A DNA stretch of 64,000 bases from Squalus acanthias (Eukaryota): NCBI GenBank assembly GCA_030390025.1, contig JASTWF010000331.1, positions 1-64,000 on the forward strand. The letters run 5' to 3'. A program made the translations under genes and the position numbers. Positions 51,465 to 63,177 of this stretch are shown here, one piece after another (the stretch's first letter is position 1; every line of letters begins with the position of its first letter). The notes under the pieces are model-generated. The model was not told where the DNA came from. It did not search any database and saw only the letters and a list, made by a program, of their open reading frames with translations.

Positions 51465-52250
51465 ATAAAAGAGAATGCTGAGAAAACTCAGCGGGTCAGG
51501 CAGCGTCTGTGGAGAGAGAAATATGGCCTCCAGGTAGCGAGTGGCGCTAGTGGAGAGCTCGCACTTTCCCCGGGACAGGTTCTGAATCGACAACAGGTCG
51601 ATAACTTTTCGTGAGAACTGCATGATATCAGAGATTAACAGTTTAAAAGCAATGATAGAGAATGGAGAAATTGGCATGGAGGAGCAAAGTACAAAGAGGA
51701 AGGACTGTGATCGGCCATAGGGCCCGTATGATTCAATGACAAGAGGGATGATGGTACAAGGCGAATAGGACAATTAAAGATACAAAAGATGGGACCAGGG
51801 GAGGTGCAAATGGTAACAGCACGGAGAGAAGCCTGGGAAATCTAGCAAAGAGGAGAAGGAGGGGGAGATTTGTTTGATGGCTGCCTTAGCTGGACACGGA
51901 TTAAATGGCAGAGGATGATCCGTTGAATGTGGAGGGGGGTGGAGTGGAAGGTGAGGACAATGGGAAACCTATCTTCTTTCCGGCTTGCAGGGTAAGGGGT
52001 GATGTCAGTAACACGGGAAATTGGATTGACACGGTCGAGGGCCCTGCCTACCACAATGGAGGGGAATCCTCAGCTGAGGAAAAATGAAGGCATTTCAGAA
52101 GTACTGGTGTGAAAGGTGGCATCGTCAGAGCAGATGCATCGGTGGCAGATACACCTGGAGAGTGGAATAGATTCCTTCCAGGGAGTGGGGTGGAAGGATA
52201 TATAATCAAGATAGCTGTGGGAGTCGGTGAGCTTATAGAAGATATTGAAG
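51465..52250 (-). mobile_element. Penelope-like remnant, paralogous to 13690-15090 with internal deletion
   Basis: Shares actcagcgggtcaggcagc, gagattaacagt..aaagcaatgatagag and gcagaggatgatccgttgaatgtg. KLTDSHSYLDYISFHP RT-thumb motif. Confidence 0.8.
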
Positions 52251-52289
52251 AACATACTAAAAAATATTATACATTCGTAAACAAACATT

Positions 52290-53730
52290 AGAAAAGGGAA
52301 TAGTGCCATCGGACTTCCGGACAGCTAATGTTATTCCTGTATTCAAAACGGAAGATAGAACAAGTCCATGGAAGTATAGGCCAGTTAGCATAACGTTGGT
52401 GTTATCAAAGATAATGAAATCCTTACTCAAAGATGCAATAGAAAAACATATCTATAAACACAAAACATAATAAAGAGTAGTCAGCAAGTATTACAAAAGG
52501 AATGTCATGCTTGATCAACCTTCGTGAATTCTTTGAATAATTATCAGAAAGTGTAAATAAGGGTAACGTAGTAGATGTAATATACTTTGATTTTCTAAAG
52601 CTATTCGATAAGTTAGCAAATAGCAGACTCATGAATAATCACAGAACAAGCGGAGATGGGGAACAAGCAGCAGAATTGATAGCAAGCTGGTTACACAAAC
52701 ATAAAACAGGTAGTAGGGGTTAAAGGTTTTCACTCAGATTGGCGGTTGGTGAGAGGTGTTGTTCCCGAAGGATAGCCGCTGGAACCACTGTTATTCACTA
52801 TTTGCATAAACGATATGGACTCGGGAGGCAGAAGCACAAATGTAATATTTAAAGACGAATTCAAATTGGGAGTGCAGGTAACACAGAGGGAGATAGCAAC
52901 ACAACACAATACAATATTAATTTCAATACAGCTAAATGTGAGGTGCTGCATTTTGTCGGAAGAATAAGGTTCTCGATTAGTCCTTCGAAAGTAAGAGTTT
53001 GAAAGGGATAGTGGGGAAAAGGGTTTCAGGGTTACAGCTTCACAAATCATTGAAAGTAGCAACACAGCTTGACAAGCCCATAAACAGGCAAACAAAGCAC
53101 AGCGGTTAATTTCTACAGGAATGGAATTGAAAAGCAAAGAGGTTATATTAAAATTATATCGAACCTTGGTGATACCACACTGAGCGCACAGTGTACAGTT
53201 CTGGTCATCCGATTAAAAAAGAATCGTGGCATTGGAGACAGTCGAAATATTTTACAAGGATGATACCAGAACTGAGAGATTATAATTATCAGGAAGGATT
53301 GAAATGTCTGGGGCTCTTTTCTCCAGATAAGAGAAGGCTGAGGGGTGGCCTAATACAGGCCTTTGGAATGATGAAGGAGTTTGATGGGATAGACGTAGAA
53401 AAGATAATTCCACCTGTGAATGATTCGAAATCTGGAGTTCATCCATATAAGACAGTCACTAATTAATCCAATCAGGAATTCAGGAGAGACTTCTTTAAAC
53501 AGAGAGTGGTTAGAATATGGAACTTACTACACCATGGAATAGTTGAGGTGAACAACATAGATACATTTCAGAGTAAGGTAGGTAAGTACATGAAGGAGAT
53601 AGGGTTATAAAGATACGCTGATAGGGTTAGTTGGGCTGGGAAGGGGAGAGACTCGTGTGGAGCATAAGCACAGACTCAATCCACTTGGTAAGAATTGCCA
53701 GTTTCTGCACTGTAAATACTATGTTATTCT
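52290..53730 (+). mobile_element. Old CR1, paralogous to 17135-19270
   Basis: Collinear decayed RT (FTRMIPELR...KRRLRGGLIQAF) and 3' end. Confidence 0.8.
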
Positions 53731-54299
53731 CTTTAAAATGAGTAGTAATTAATCACGTTCATCATTTCTTACATAATACTGCAGAATTTGAAGTAGTTTA
53801 TTATGTAGCAGTGCACACTTTAAGTCATTATTAACAGTTTACTAATGTTGTTAGTTATTAACACTGGACTGATTTCTGTATCCTGATTCAGAATCTCTGC
53901 ACAGGAAACCTGCACCGATATGTATGTTCTTCAGTGTCTCTCCTCGCAAGGACAGACCTCACTGAGCTAATGGCAGAGATCGATGCAGGTTACCTAAGTA
54001 GAGATTCTGAATCATAGATAAGAACTGGTCCGTCAAAACTTAATCAGTCACAGAATTGTAAAAGTGATGTCCTGCTGGATACAGGTCAGCAAATAGTTAA
54101 CACCTGGTTGTGTTGGTGCACTTCAATAGGAAACAGAGCATTATCAATGCATTTCACTTTGTAAGTGTATTATCAAATGTCATCAATCAACAACTGAAAT
54201 CTTCCCATTTGCCATCGCTTACATTCGTAAAACACGAAGGAAGTTCCATGGAGGGGAGAGATCCGTACCTTAAACCAATGATTTCAAAGTAGAACCAGC

Positions 54300-55200
54300 T
54301 TGTTCCATTCCGGGGAATGACACACACAGAGTACAATGCTACAGTGACAGACACGCCCAACAATACATGGCCACTGGGGTCAGGTGTTCCACTCCTGTTA
54401 GTGACCAACACTTTGTACAATTCTACAGTGACATACACGCCCAACAATAAATGGCCACTGGGGTCAGGTTTTCCACACCCGTTAGTGACCTACACTCAGT
54501 ACAATTCTACAGTGACGGATACTCCCAGTAATACATGGCCACTGGGGTCAGGTGTTCCACTCCGGTTATTGACCCTCACACAGTACAATTCTACAGTGAG
54601 CGATACTCCCATTAATACATGTCCACTGGTGACAGGTGTTCCACTCCGGTTAGTGACTCATTCTCACTACAATTCTCCAGTGACAGATACTCCCAGTAAT
54701 ACATGGCCACTGGGATCAGGTGTTCCACTCCGGTTATTGACCCTCACACAGTACAATTCTACAGTGAGCGATACTCCCATTAATACATGTCCACTGGTGA
54801 CAGGTGTTCCACTCCGGTTAGTGACTCATTCTCACTACAATTCTACAGTGACGGATACTCCCAGTAATACATGGTCACTGAGGTCAGGTGTTCCACTCCG
54901 GTTATTGACCCATTTTCAGTACAATTCTACAGAGACAGATACTCCCAGTAATACATGGCCACTGGGATCAGGTGTTCCACTCCGGTTAGTGACCCACACT
55001 CAATGCAATTCTACAGAGACAGATACTCCCAGTAATACATGTCCACTGGGATCAGGTGTTCCATTTCGGTTAGTGACCCACAGTCAGTACAATTCTACAG
55101 TGACAGATAATCCTAGTAATACATGTCCACTGGGATCAGGTGTTCCATTTCGGTTAGTGACCCACACGCATTACAATTCTGCAATGACAGCCCCTTCCAC
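54300..55200. repeat. 84-bp minisatellite, ~11 units (copy 2 intron)
   Basis: Exact 84-bp period (~54369, 54453, 54537 ... 55125). Same unit as 20513-20990. Confidence 0.95.
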
Positions 55201-55503
55201 TATTACCTTCCCTAAGAGAGTGGCCCGCACTGAGGACTGATTCAACAGTGCAAGATATTCCACGAAAAGCAATAACTTGTTTCAGCGATCCTATAAGCTA
55301 CATGTATAAATTTACTTTCACTTGAGGCAATGGAACAGAACAGCAGATGTAATTCAGGACATTTGATTTAACGAAATGTCACTGATCGGGTGTCTGTATA
55401 ACGGTTACCAAAAGTACAGCATGTAACATTATCAGTCACAGAGCAAAAACAGATGTCAACTCACCTACAGATTTACACAACATCAATGGTTATAGTCACT
55501 TAC

Positions 55504-55570
55504 CAGGAACAACAATGATGGCAAGGATAATGTAGTATATTTTCTCGACAAATTGAATTGGTCGATGCAT
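55504..55570 (-). pseudogene. GPR139-like GPCR copy 2, exon 1 (MHRPIQFVEKIYYIILAIIVVP)
   Basis: ATG at 55568-55570, 67 nt, donor GTAAGT, paralogous to 22034-22100. The exon is intact, but its exon 2 is broken. Confidence 0.85.
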
Positions 55571-55656
55571 TTTCTTTGTAGAGCAATCTGTCCCTTCGTG
55601 CTGCAGGCAATCTTTCTGAATTAAACTCTGCAGCAATACATTCCCAGTGCCTTTAA

Positions 55657-55662
55657 TTTATA
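55657..55662 (-). promoter_or_regulatory. TATA box of GPCR copy 2
   Basis: TATAAA 87 bp upstream of the ATG, conserved with copy 1. Confidence 0.55.
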
Positions 55663-56176
55663 CCCTGCGGGATCTCCACCGGGACAGTGAGGTTGCAACA
55701 TCGTTCAAAATAGATTTAAAAACAAATTAAACAAACAGATTACGACAGACGAGTTCAGTCCCTATTGTGACTGTAAATATTTAGCGCTGAGATTGAAATT
55801 GAAAATCCCAAAGACTGATCAAATTCTGATCACATTAATTAACTAATGAGAATTGCCAGCTGCATTCTCCCAGCAATGGGGTGTTGTTTCAAACACCATC
55901 AGACCCATCTCTAGATCTCATATTGTTTCGGTTATGTCCTTCACTCTGCTGTATTCATTCATTAATTCAATTTCAAATGTTAGAGAGTCCTCTCAGGACG
56001 GCTGTACGGCACTCTGGGATATGGCTGCATTCTTTAACAGTGGCCATTCAGCAATTAAATTTCATATGTTAGAGGACCCCTCCTAGTGCTGCTCTGCTGC
56101 ACTCTGGGATGTGGCTGCCCTCTTTAACTGTGGTCATTCAGTTAAACAATTAAAGTGAGGAATTTGCGTCGATGGT

Positions 56177-56455
56177 CCTCAAACTAATACATCCCCTCAA
56201 AACAATATACCCTTCAAACTAATTAAATTATTACATCTAATAAAAATAACTAATTTAATACAGCACCTCAAATTAATGCATCATCTCCAACTCATACTGT
56301 CCCTGAACCTAAGAGAGCACCTCAAACTCATACAGCGCTCGAATAAAGCAACTCAAAGTAATACAGCTCTTCATATAATACAGTCCCTCAAACTAATACA
56401 GAACCTCAAACCAATACAGCACCGGAAACAAGGTAACACATCAAATCAATACAGC
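56177..56455. repeat. Short degenerate array of the 18-bp satellite (~15 units)
   Basis: ctcaaactaatacatccc...ctcaaactaatacagaacc at the position homologous to 22617. Confidence 0.85.
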
Positions 56456-56459
56456 TAGA

Positions 56460-56915
56460 TAACATTCAGGCCAAAGCACCTCGCTTGATCGGCACCCAAT
56501 CCAGCACCTTAAACATTCACTCCCTCCACCACTGGCGCACAGTGGCTGTAATGTTTACCAGCTACAAGATGCACTGCATGAACAAGCCAAGGTTTATTCG
56601 ACAGCACCTCTCAAACCCGTGATCTCTACGACCTTGACGGATAAGGGAAGCAGGCGCATGGGAACACAACCACCTACAAGTTCCCCTCCAAGTTACACAT
56701 CATCCTGACTTGGAAATATATCACTGCCCTTTCATCGTCGCTGTGCCAAAGTCCTGCTATTTCCTGCCTAACAACACTGTGGGAGCACCTTCATCACAGG
56801 GACTATGGCGGGTCAAGAAAGCGGCTCAACAAAACCTTCTCAAGGGCAATAGGTGAAGGGCAATAAATGCTGGTTTTGCCAGCGACACCCAAATCCCGTG
56901 AATGTATAATTTAAA
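56460..56915 (+). mobile_element. 3' end of a non-LTR retrotransposon of undetermined clade
   Basis: Decayed reading (ARLIG..S.LNIHSLHH..TVA...YKMHC) resembling LINE C-termini, ending gggcaataaatgctgg...gccagcgac. Confidence 0.5.
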
Positions 56916-56959
56916 TAAACCTGACTATTTGCCATCAACCAAATTCAGCACCTTAACTG

Positions 56960-57560
56960 GTCAACTGACCACTACCTCATCGAGAACAAAGAAATGAGTT
57001 GTCTAAGCACCCAGAAACTGACCAACTGACCAGAAACTGACCAAGCACCCAGAAACTGGCCACATTCTGATTGAGCAACCAGAAACTGACCAACTGCCCA
57101 GAACCTGACCAAGCACCCAGAAACTGACCACATTCTGATCGAGCACCCAGAAACTGACCAGCTGAACAGAAATTGAACAAACACCCAGAAACTGACCACA
57201 TTCTGATCGAGCAGCCAGAAACTGACCAACTGACCAGAACCTGACCAAGCACACAGAAACTGACCACATTCTGATCAAGCAGCCAGAAACTGACCACATT
57301 ATAATATCAGAACCCAGAAACTGGCCAACTGACCAGAAACTGACTGAGCACCGCAAACTCACCAACTGATCACAATCTGATGGAACATGCAGCATCTGAC
57401 CGAACGACCACTACCTGACTGAACATCCAGAAACTATCCAACTGACCACAACCTGACTGAACACCCAGAAACTGACCAACTGACCACAACCTGACTGAAC
57501 ACCCAGAAACTGACCAACTGACCACAACCTGACTGAACACCCAGAAACTGAACAATACCT
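56960..57560. repeat. Compound minisatellite built from CACCCAGAAACTGACCA / ACTGACCA modules
   Basis: Directly visible. Confidence 0.85.
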
Positions 57561-58804
57561 GATGGATGAAGGAAAGCATTAACTTTGCCCCGTTGGATAT
57601 TATATGCTGACATTTCAAGTTTAAAATCCAAAGGCAGCTGTTGGCAGAAACTTCGATCAGACTTTTAGTTCTCAAAACAATATTGCTTATCAAAGCAGCC
57701 GTCTTGGATAAACAGTACTGAGATAGTCAGAAATGCTTGAGAAAGACAATTAAATACAGTATCTGGGTCCACATGGTTTGAGTGGCCAGCCACTTTAATT
57801 CACACCTCAACTGAAAAAAATAATGTAAAATGGGAGATTGTGGCAGATTCTTTACTGAGTCTGAGGAGCCTTTAGAAGCGTCGCGTAGAGGCAAGACGAG
57901 CAGGAACAAAAATAAGAAACTTCAAGGCTGCGAGAGAGCTGATCACTCTTCTGCCTTGATGCTGAGGGACATTGTTTAAAGGTCATACACATTGCTTGAT
58001 GCTTATGTTAATTGTTTTAATGCTGTGTGAGACGTTTAAATCATTAAAGGTAACTTTGATTAATGAATACACAGAGTAGAGTGACTTTCTCTGGCTGGTT
58101 ACTCTCCAGGTTCACGAATCACTGCAACATCTCTATTCCTACTGATGGAGTAGCATCGGAACAGGGACCTGACTTATGAAACAAAGAAAGGTTATCCCGG
58201 GTGGGTAGATCCCAGTGAATATGGTGTTCACGTCACAGCAGAAACAGGGTTTTCTGGGCAGAGGTGGGGAGGGTAAGCCGGGTGGAATGTGGAAGTAGCA
58301 ATCCAAGAATACACAGCGGTGAAGTTACCATGGAGAGAGGAATGGGTCCAGGTAGAGGACCTTCAGCCAAACCCCTTTGAAGCATGTGCTGATCAGTGGG
58401 TGTGCCTGTTAGAAGAACGGCCAAAGATAGTGATGAGAAGGAGGGGAAAGGTTTGGAAACAGAGGTTAACATCAGTCCTGTCATAGCTGGCAGATGCTGT
58501 TGTTTGTGGTTTCAGTGTGTAGGGAAGTGTGTGTGAATGTGTAAAAGAGCTGAGGGCTTCACATTAAGAATACTCAGAATGTTTCTACTTCATTTCTGTT
58601 GTTGTAAATCTGTTAAAATGTGTCAGTGTGATGTTCATTTCCGGGTTCAGTTTCTAGAAGCACGTGCTGCTTTAAGTGTGTTAATTTATTTCTCGATGTT
58701 TGTGTACACGTGTATGTTACTTTGAGCCCAGTTTTGGTTTTTAACTGATTTGCACTGTGTGAATAGTACTTTGGCTCGCAACCTAGGATTAACATGCATA
58801 ATAT

Positions 58805-59980
58805 TATCATAGAATTATAGAAATTTAATGCACAGAAGGAGTCCATTTGGCCCAGCGTGTCTGTGCCGGCCGACAAAGAGCTCTCCAGCCTAATCCCACT
58901 TTCCATCTCTTGATCCGTAGCCTTGTAGGATACAAATCTCCAAGTGCAATCTAAGTATTTTTTACATGTGGTGAGATTTTAAGCCTCTACCACACTTTCA
59001 GGCAGTTAGCTACAGCACTCAACACCCTCTGGGGGAAGAATTTGTTCCTCATTTCCCCTCTAATCCTTCTACCAATTACTTGAAAACTATGTCCCTGGCT
59101 GTTGACCTCTCTGCTAAGGGATATAGGTCCTTCCTGTACAGTCCATCAATCCCCTCATAATGTTATACACCTCAATTTTAATATCATTTCAGCCTCCTTT
59201 GTTCAAATGAAAGCAACTCCAGTCTATCCAATCTTTCCTCATAGCTACATTTCTCCAGTCCTGGCAACATCCTCGTAAAACTCCTGTCCACCCGCTCTGG
59301 TGCAATCACATCCTTCCTGTAATGTGGTGACCAGAATTGTACAAAGCACTCCAGCTCTAGCCTAACTCGTGTTATATAGAGTTCAAGCATAACGGCTCTT
59401 TTCTTATATTCTATGCCTCAACGAATAAAGGAAAGTATCCCGTCTCTCTTCATAACCACCTTATCTACCTGTCCTGCTACCTTTAGGAGTCTGTGGACAT
59501 GAACTCCAAGGTCCTACTAATCCTCTACACTGCTCACTATCCTACCATTTATTGTGTACTCGCTTGTTAGCCCTCCCAAAATGCATTACCTCACACTTCT
59601 CTAGATTTAATTCCACTTGCTTCTCATCTGCCCACCTGACCTGCCTATTGATAGCTTCCTGCAGTCTACAGCTTTTGTACTCACTATCAACCACATGGAC
59701 AATTATTGTATCAACTGTAAACTTCTTCATCAATCCCCCTGCATTGGAATTTAAAACATTAATACATACAACAAAAGGAAGCTAGGACTGAGACCTGTGG
59801 AACCCCACTGGAAACAACATTCCATCACATGGGACAAAGTTATATGGAGTAAGGTCGCAGATCAGACATGATCTCATTGAATGGCCGAACAGGCTCGAGG
59901 GGCTGAAACGCCTCCTCCTGTTCCAGTGTCACTATGTTCCATCACAAAACAGCCGTCGACCTTTACCCTTTGCTTCCTTC
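58805..59980 (-). mobile_element. Old CR1 3' portion, with a short plus-strand CR1 3' end nested at ~59830-59940
   Basis: CFVQFWSPHYRKD, EKCEVMHFG and CR1 tail at ~58805-58860. Confidence 0.8.
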
Positions 59981-59984
59981 CATA

Positions 59985-61100
59985 TGTGGTAGATAAGGGA
60001 GAGTCTGTGGATGTTATTTATATGTCCTTGCAGGAGGTAATTGATAAGGTTACAAATAAGAGACTGTTAACAGAAATTAGAGCCCATAGAATTGGCGGGA
60101 ATTTATTGCCCTGGTAGATAATTGGTTTGGAGGTAGGAGACAGAGAGTGGGAATAATTGGTAAGTACTCAAATTGTCAGGATGTGAATAATAAGTACTGG
60201 GGATCAGCTTTTCACTATATTCATAAATGACTTGGAGGAAGCAGTAGAGCGCCATATATCCAAGTTTGCTGACAACACCAAGTCAGATGGCACAGTAAAT
60301 ATTGTAGCTGGGAGCAGAAAGTTGCAAAGAGACATTAATTGTGTGAGTGGGAAAACACTGTGCAGATGGAGTTCAATGTGGGGAAGTGTGAGCTCATCCA
60401 CTTTGTACATAGGAAAGACAAATCAGGGCATTTTCTCAATGGTGAGATGTTAGGAACGGTTGCGGAGAAGCGAGATTTAGGGATCCAAGTACAGAAATTA
60501 CTAAATGCTCGTGGACAGGTGTCAAAAATAATTTAAAAGGAAAGCTAATACCCTTTATCTCAAGCCGCTGGAATATAAAGGAACATAAGATATGCTACAG
60601 TTATAAAAAGATCTGGTTAGACCCCATTTAGTGCCCGGCTTTCAGTTCTGGGCGCCGCAGATTCACCAGACTGATACCATAAGAACATAAGTACATAAGA
60701 AATAGGAGCAGGAGTATGCCTTTCGGCCCTTCGAGCCTGTTCCGCCATTCAATGAGATCATGGCTGATCTACTGCCTCAACTCCATTCACCGGCCCTATC
60801 GCAATATCCCTAATCAATAGGATTTGAAATGGTAAATAGAGAGAAATATATTGTTCTGGTGGGGTGTAGCGATCAAGGGAGGCACCATGTCAAAATTAGA
60901 GCAGGTACATTCATGGGTGACGGCAGGAAGCGATTCGTCACACAAAGGCTGGTGAAATCTGGAACTCTCCCCCCAAAACGCTGTTGAGGATTGGTTATCC
61001 AAAATTTAAACACTGAAATTGGTAGATTTTTGTTCAGCTAGGTTATTAAGGGTTATGGAAACAAGGCCAGTAAATGCAGTTAAGATACAGGTTTATATCA
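59985..61100 (+). mobile_element. Old CR1 RT/3' fragment with a nested minus-strand CR1 tail (60678-60812)
   Basis: VDKGESVDVIY, ISKFADNTK and EFNVGKCELIHF motifs. Confidence 0.8.
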
Positions 61101-62049
61101 TACAATGACAGATCAAGGAATCTTTGGATGTGATTCAAGTACATATATTCCTCATCTAAGCGTCTGGGGAATGCTTAATTCCAGTTAAATAGGAGAGGAA
61201 GCATGAGTGGAGATATTGTGAGGTGGGGGACATTGAATAGTGAGACCTTATATTAGGAGTTTGGGACACAAGATTCATAAAACCTAATATTGGGATCTGT
61301 GCTCTCTGGCTGGGGCGTCGATAGACAGGAGCTGGGGTCGGAGACAGGGCCATAACACAACTGGGCTGTTCCTGGAAACTGTTCTCCAGTCCAGTGAGAC
61401 TGCACCAGGAACAGAGCCTGGCTCAATGATCATGTCATCCCGCCAGTGGGCGGAGCTTGCGCTGGCTGCTGTGCGATTGGCTGCTGGCTCCCTTTGTGAT
61501 GTCACATGGAGACAGGTTGGAGCCCCTGGTTACAGTTCATCAGTTGCAGTTACCGTGGGCTGGAGCTGGAGTTGGCAGCTGACACTGTGAGTGAGTTTAG
61601 TCCATAGAAATAGGGGAAAGGACAGAACAGCACAATTTAATATTAAATTGATTCAGATGATATTAATTACAAGTAAATTGAAATAAATATAATGATAGTT
61701 ACAAATAGTCCTATTGTTTTCCAGCTACAGATTACTGATTCCAACCAGCCGCTCGGAGTTGTAGGGCAGCTGCCCACTATGTCTCGGCTGTGATGTTTCC
61801 TCCCTTCCTCTGGTAAGCAGCTTGCCATTCTGGTTTTCACTCTGATGAGGAGGGCAGCGGGTGCACCCAGGCCCTGCCATCCCAATATCTGGAGCATCAA
61901 CGCTCGATAGCACCAATCTGACATCTCACTTCAACCATGACAACTTAAATTAGTACAGTACCCTGCCCAATCCGAGAGATGGCGCAGGACATTGTACATG
62001 GCAGGGAGCACAGACTGGGCACCAAGTAGGTGTGCGAGAGGCTAAAGCG

Positions 62050-62990
62050 GGAAAGAGTGATGAATGCCTAGTGAGAGAGAAGGTTATTGAGGAGTGTTTT
62101 TAAGGCAGAGCGGGAGGGATCCAGCTGAGGGTGCGAGTTCGAAATGCCCAGGCCGCAGTTTTGTGATGAACGTCTGCCGATGGCGGTGCAGGATGAGCGG
62201 TTACTGAGGAGTAATGCTGGGCCGCAGGAGCGGAGAGAGGAGCGGAGAGTGCGCACAGTGATGTGTGGCTGGAAGAGATCGCTGAGATAGAGAGCAAGTC
62301 AGGGATGAAGGGATGGAAAGTGGCGGCAACGTTCTTCATATCAATTCACTGGCGCAGAAGGGGCGAGTGGAACTTCGCATGAAGGCAGAACACAGGAGTT
62401 TGAACTTTGTTCAGGTCAAGAACTTGCACTGAGGCATTCGGGATACCTTTTAGATTGTGGAGGCGGGTTAATGGGGAGATCGGTAGGGAGAGCATTGGAG
62501 AGATTGGGCATCGAGGTGATGAATGCTGGATTGGGGTTTTGGCAGCAGAGAGTGAGCAGGCAATGTTTGGGCGGTGAGAGATAGCAGGCTGGTAATGGAT
62601 TGCGTGTGGGGGGAGGAAGCTGATCTCAGGGTCGAGCAGGACACAAAGGTAACAAACCTCTGGGTCTGGCCTGAGTTTGCAGTGGGGAGACTAATAGAGT
62701 CGATGCTCGTATTGCGATGGTGCTTGTGGTGTCAAAGTGGACGGCTTCAGTTCACCCTTTATTTATCTGGAGTGGATTTTATCGTAGCGAGTTTTCACTG
62801 TTGGACACTCAGTTGGAGTGCAGCTACACCCTGGGTTCAGTGAAGGAGGCGGAGAGTGCCATTGGCTACTTGTGGAATCGGGTCACATGTTTTCTGATGA
62901 TGTCACAGAGGAATATCATGTGTATATAATGATCAGTGAACGAAGGACAATGCCCAGGATTGCATCATACATGGGCAGGAGGAGGACTCG
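62050..62990 (-). mobile_element. Highly degenerate L2-clade LINE fragment
   Basis: Minus-strand LCVLLDPEISF...SIT and LLSISA remnants, resembling the 6531-7345 element. Confidence 0.5.
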
Positions 62991-63177
62991 TTGGATGTGA
63001 TTCACGCCCCGGAATTCATCTTCTATGCGTCTGGAGATTACTTACCCAGGTGCAAAGCTGTCATCAAAGGGGTAGAGACCCGTGATGCAGTCCCTCCATT
63101 CCTAGGATTCCCAAGTCTTCCCCTGTGGAAGTGGGCTGCAGCATCTCTACCTACAACATGCAGAGACATTGTAATAC

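Noticed and set aside
51174..51773. 199-aa hydrophobic ORF as a third GPCR gene
   Set aside because: Only ~20 codons are GPCR-derived. The rest is Penelope and MITE sequence, and there is no proper acceptor or 7TM structure.
57560..58800. Apparently unique sequence with short ORFs
   Set aside because: No recognisable domain, splice structure or repeat signature that can be supported by eye.
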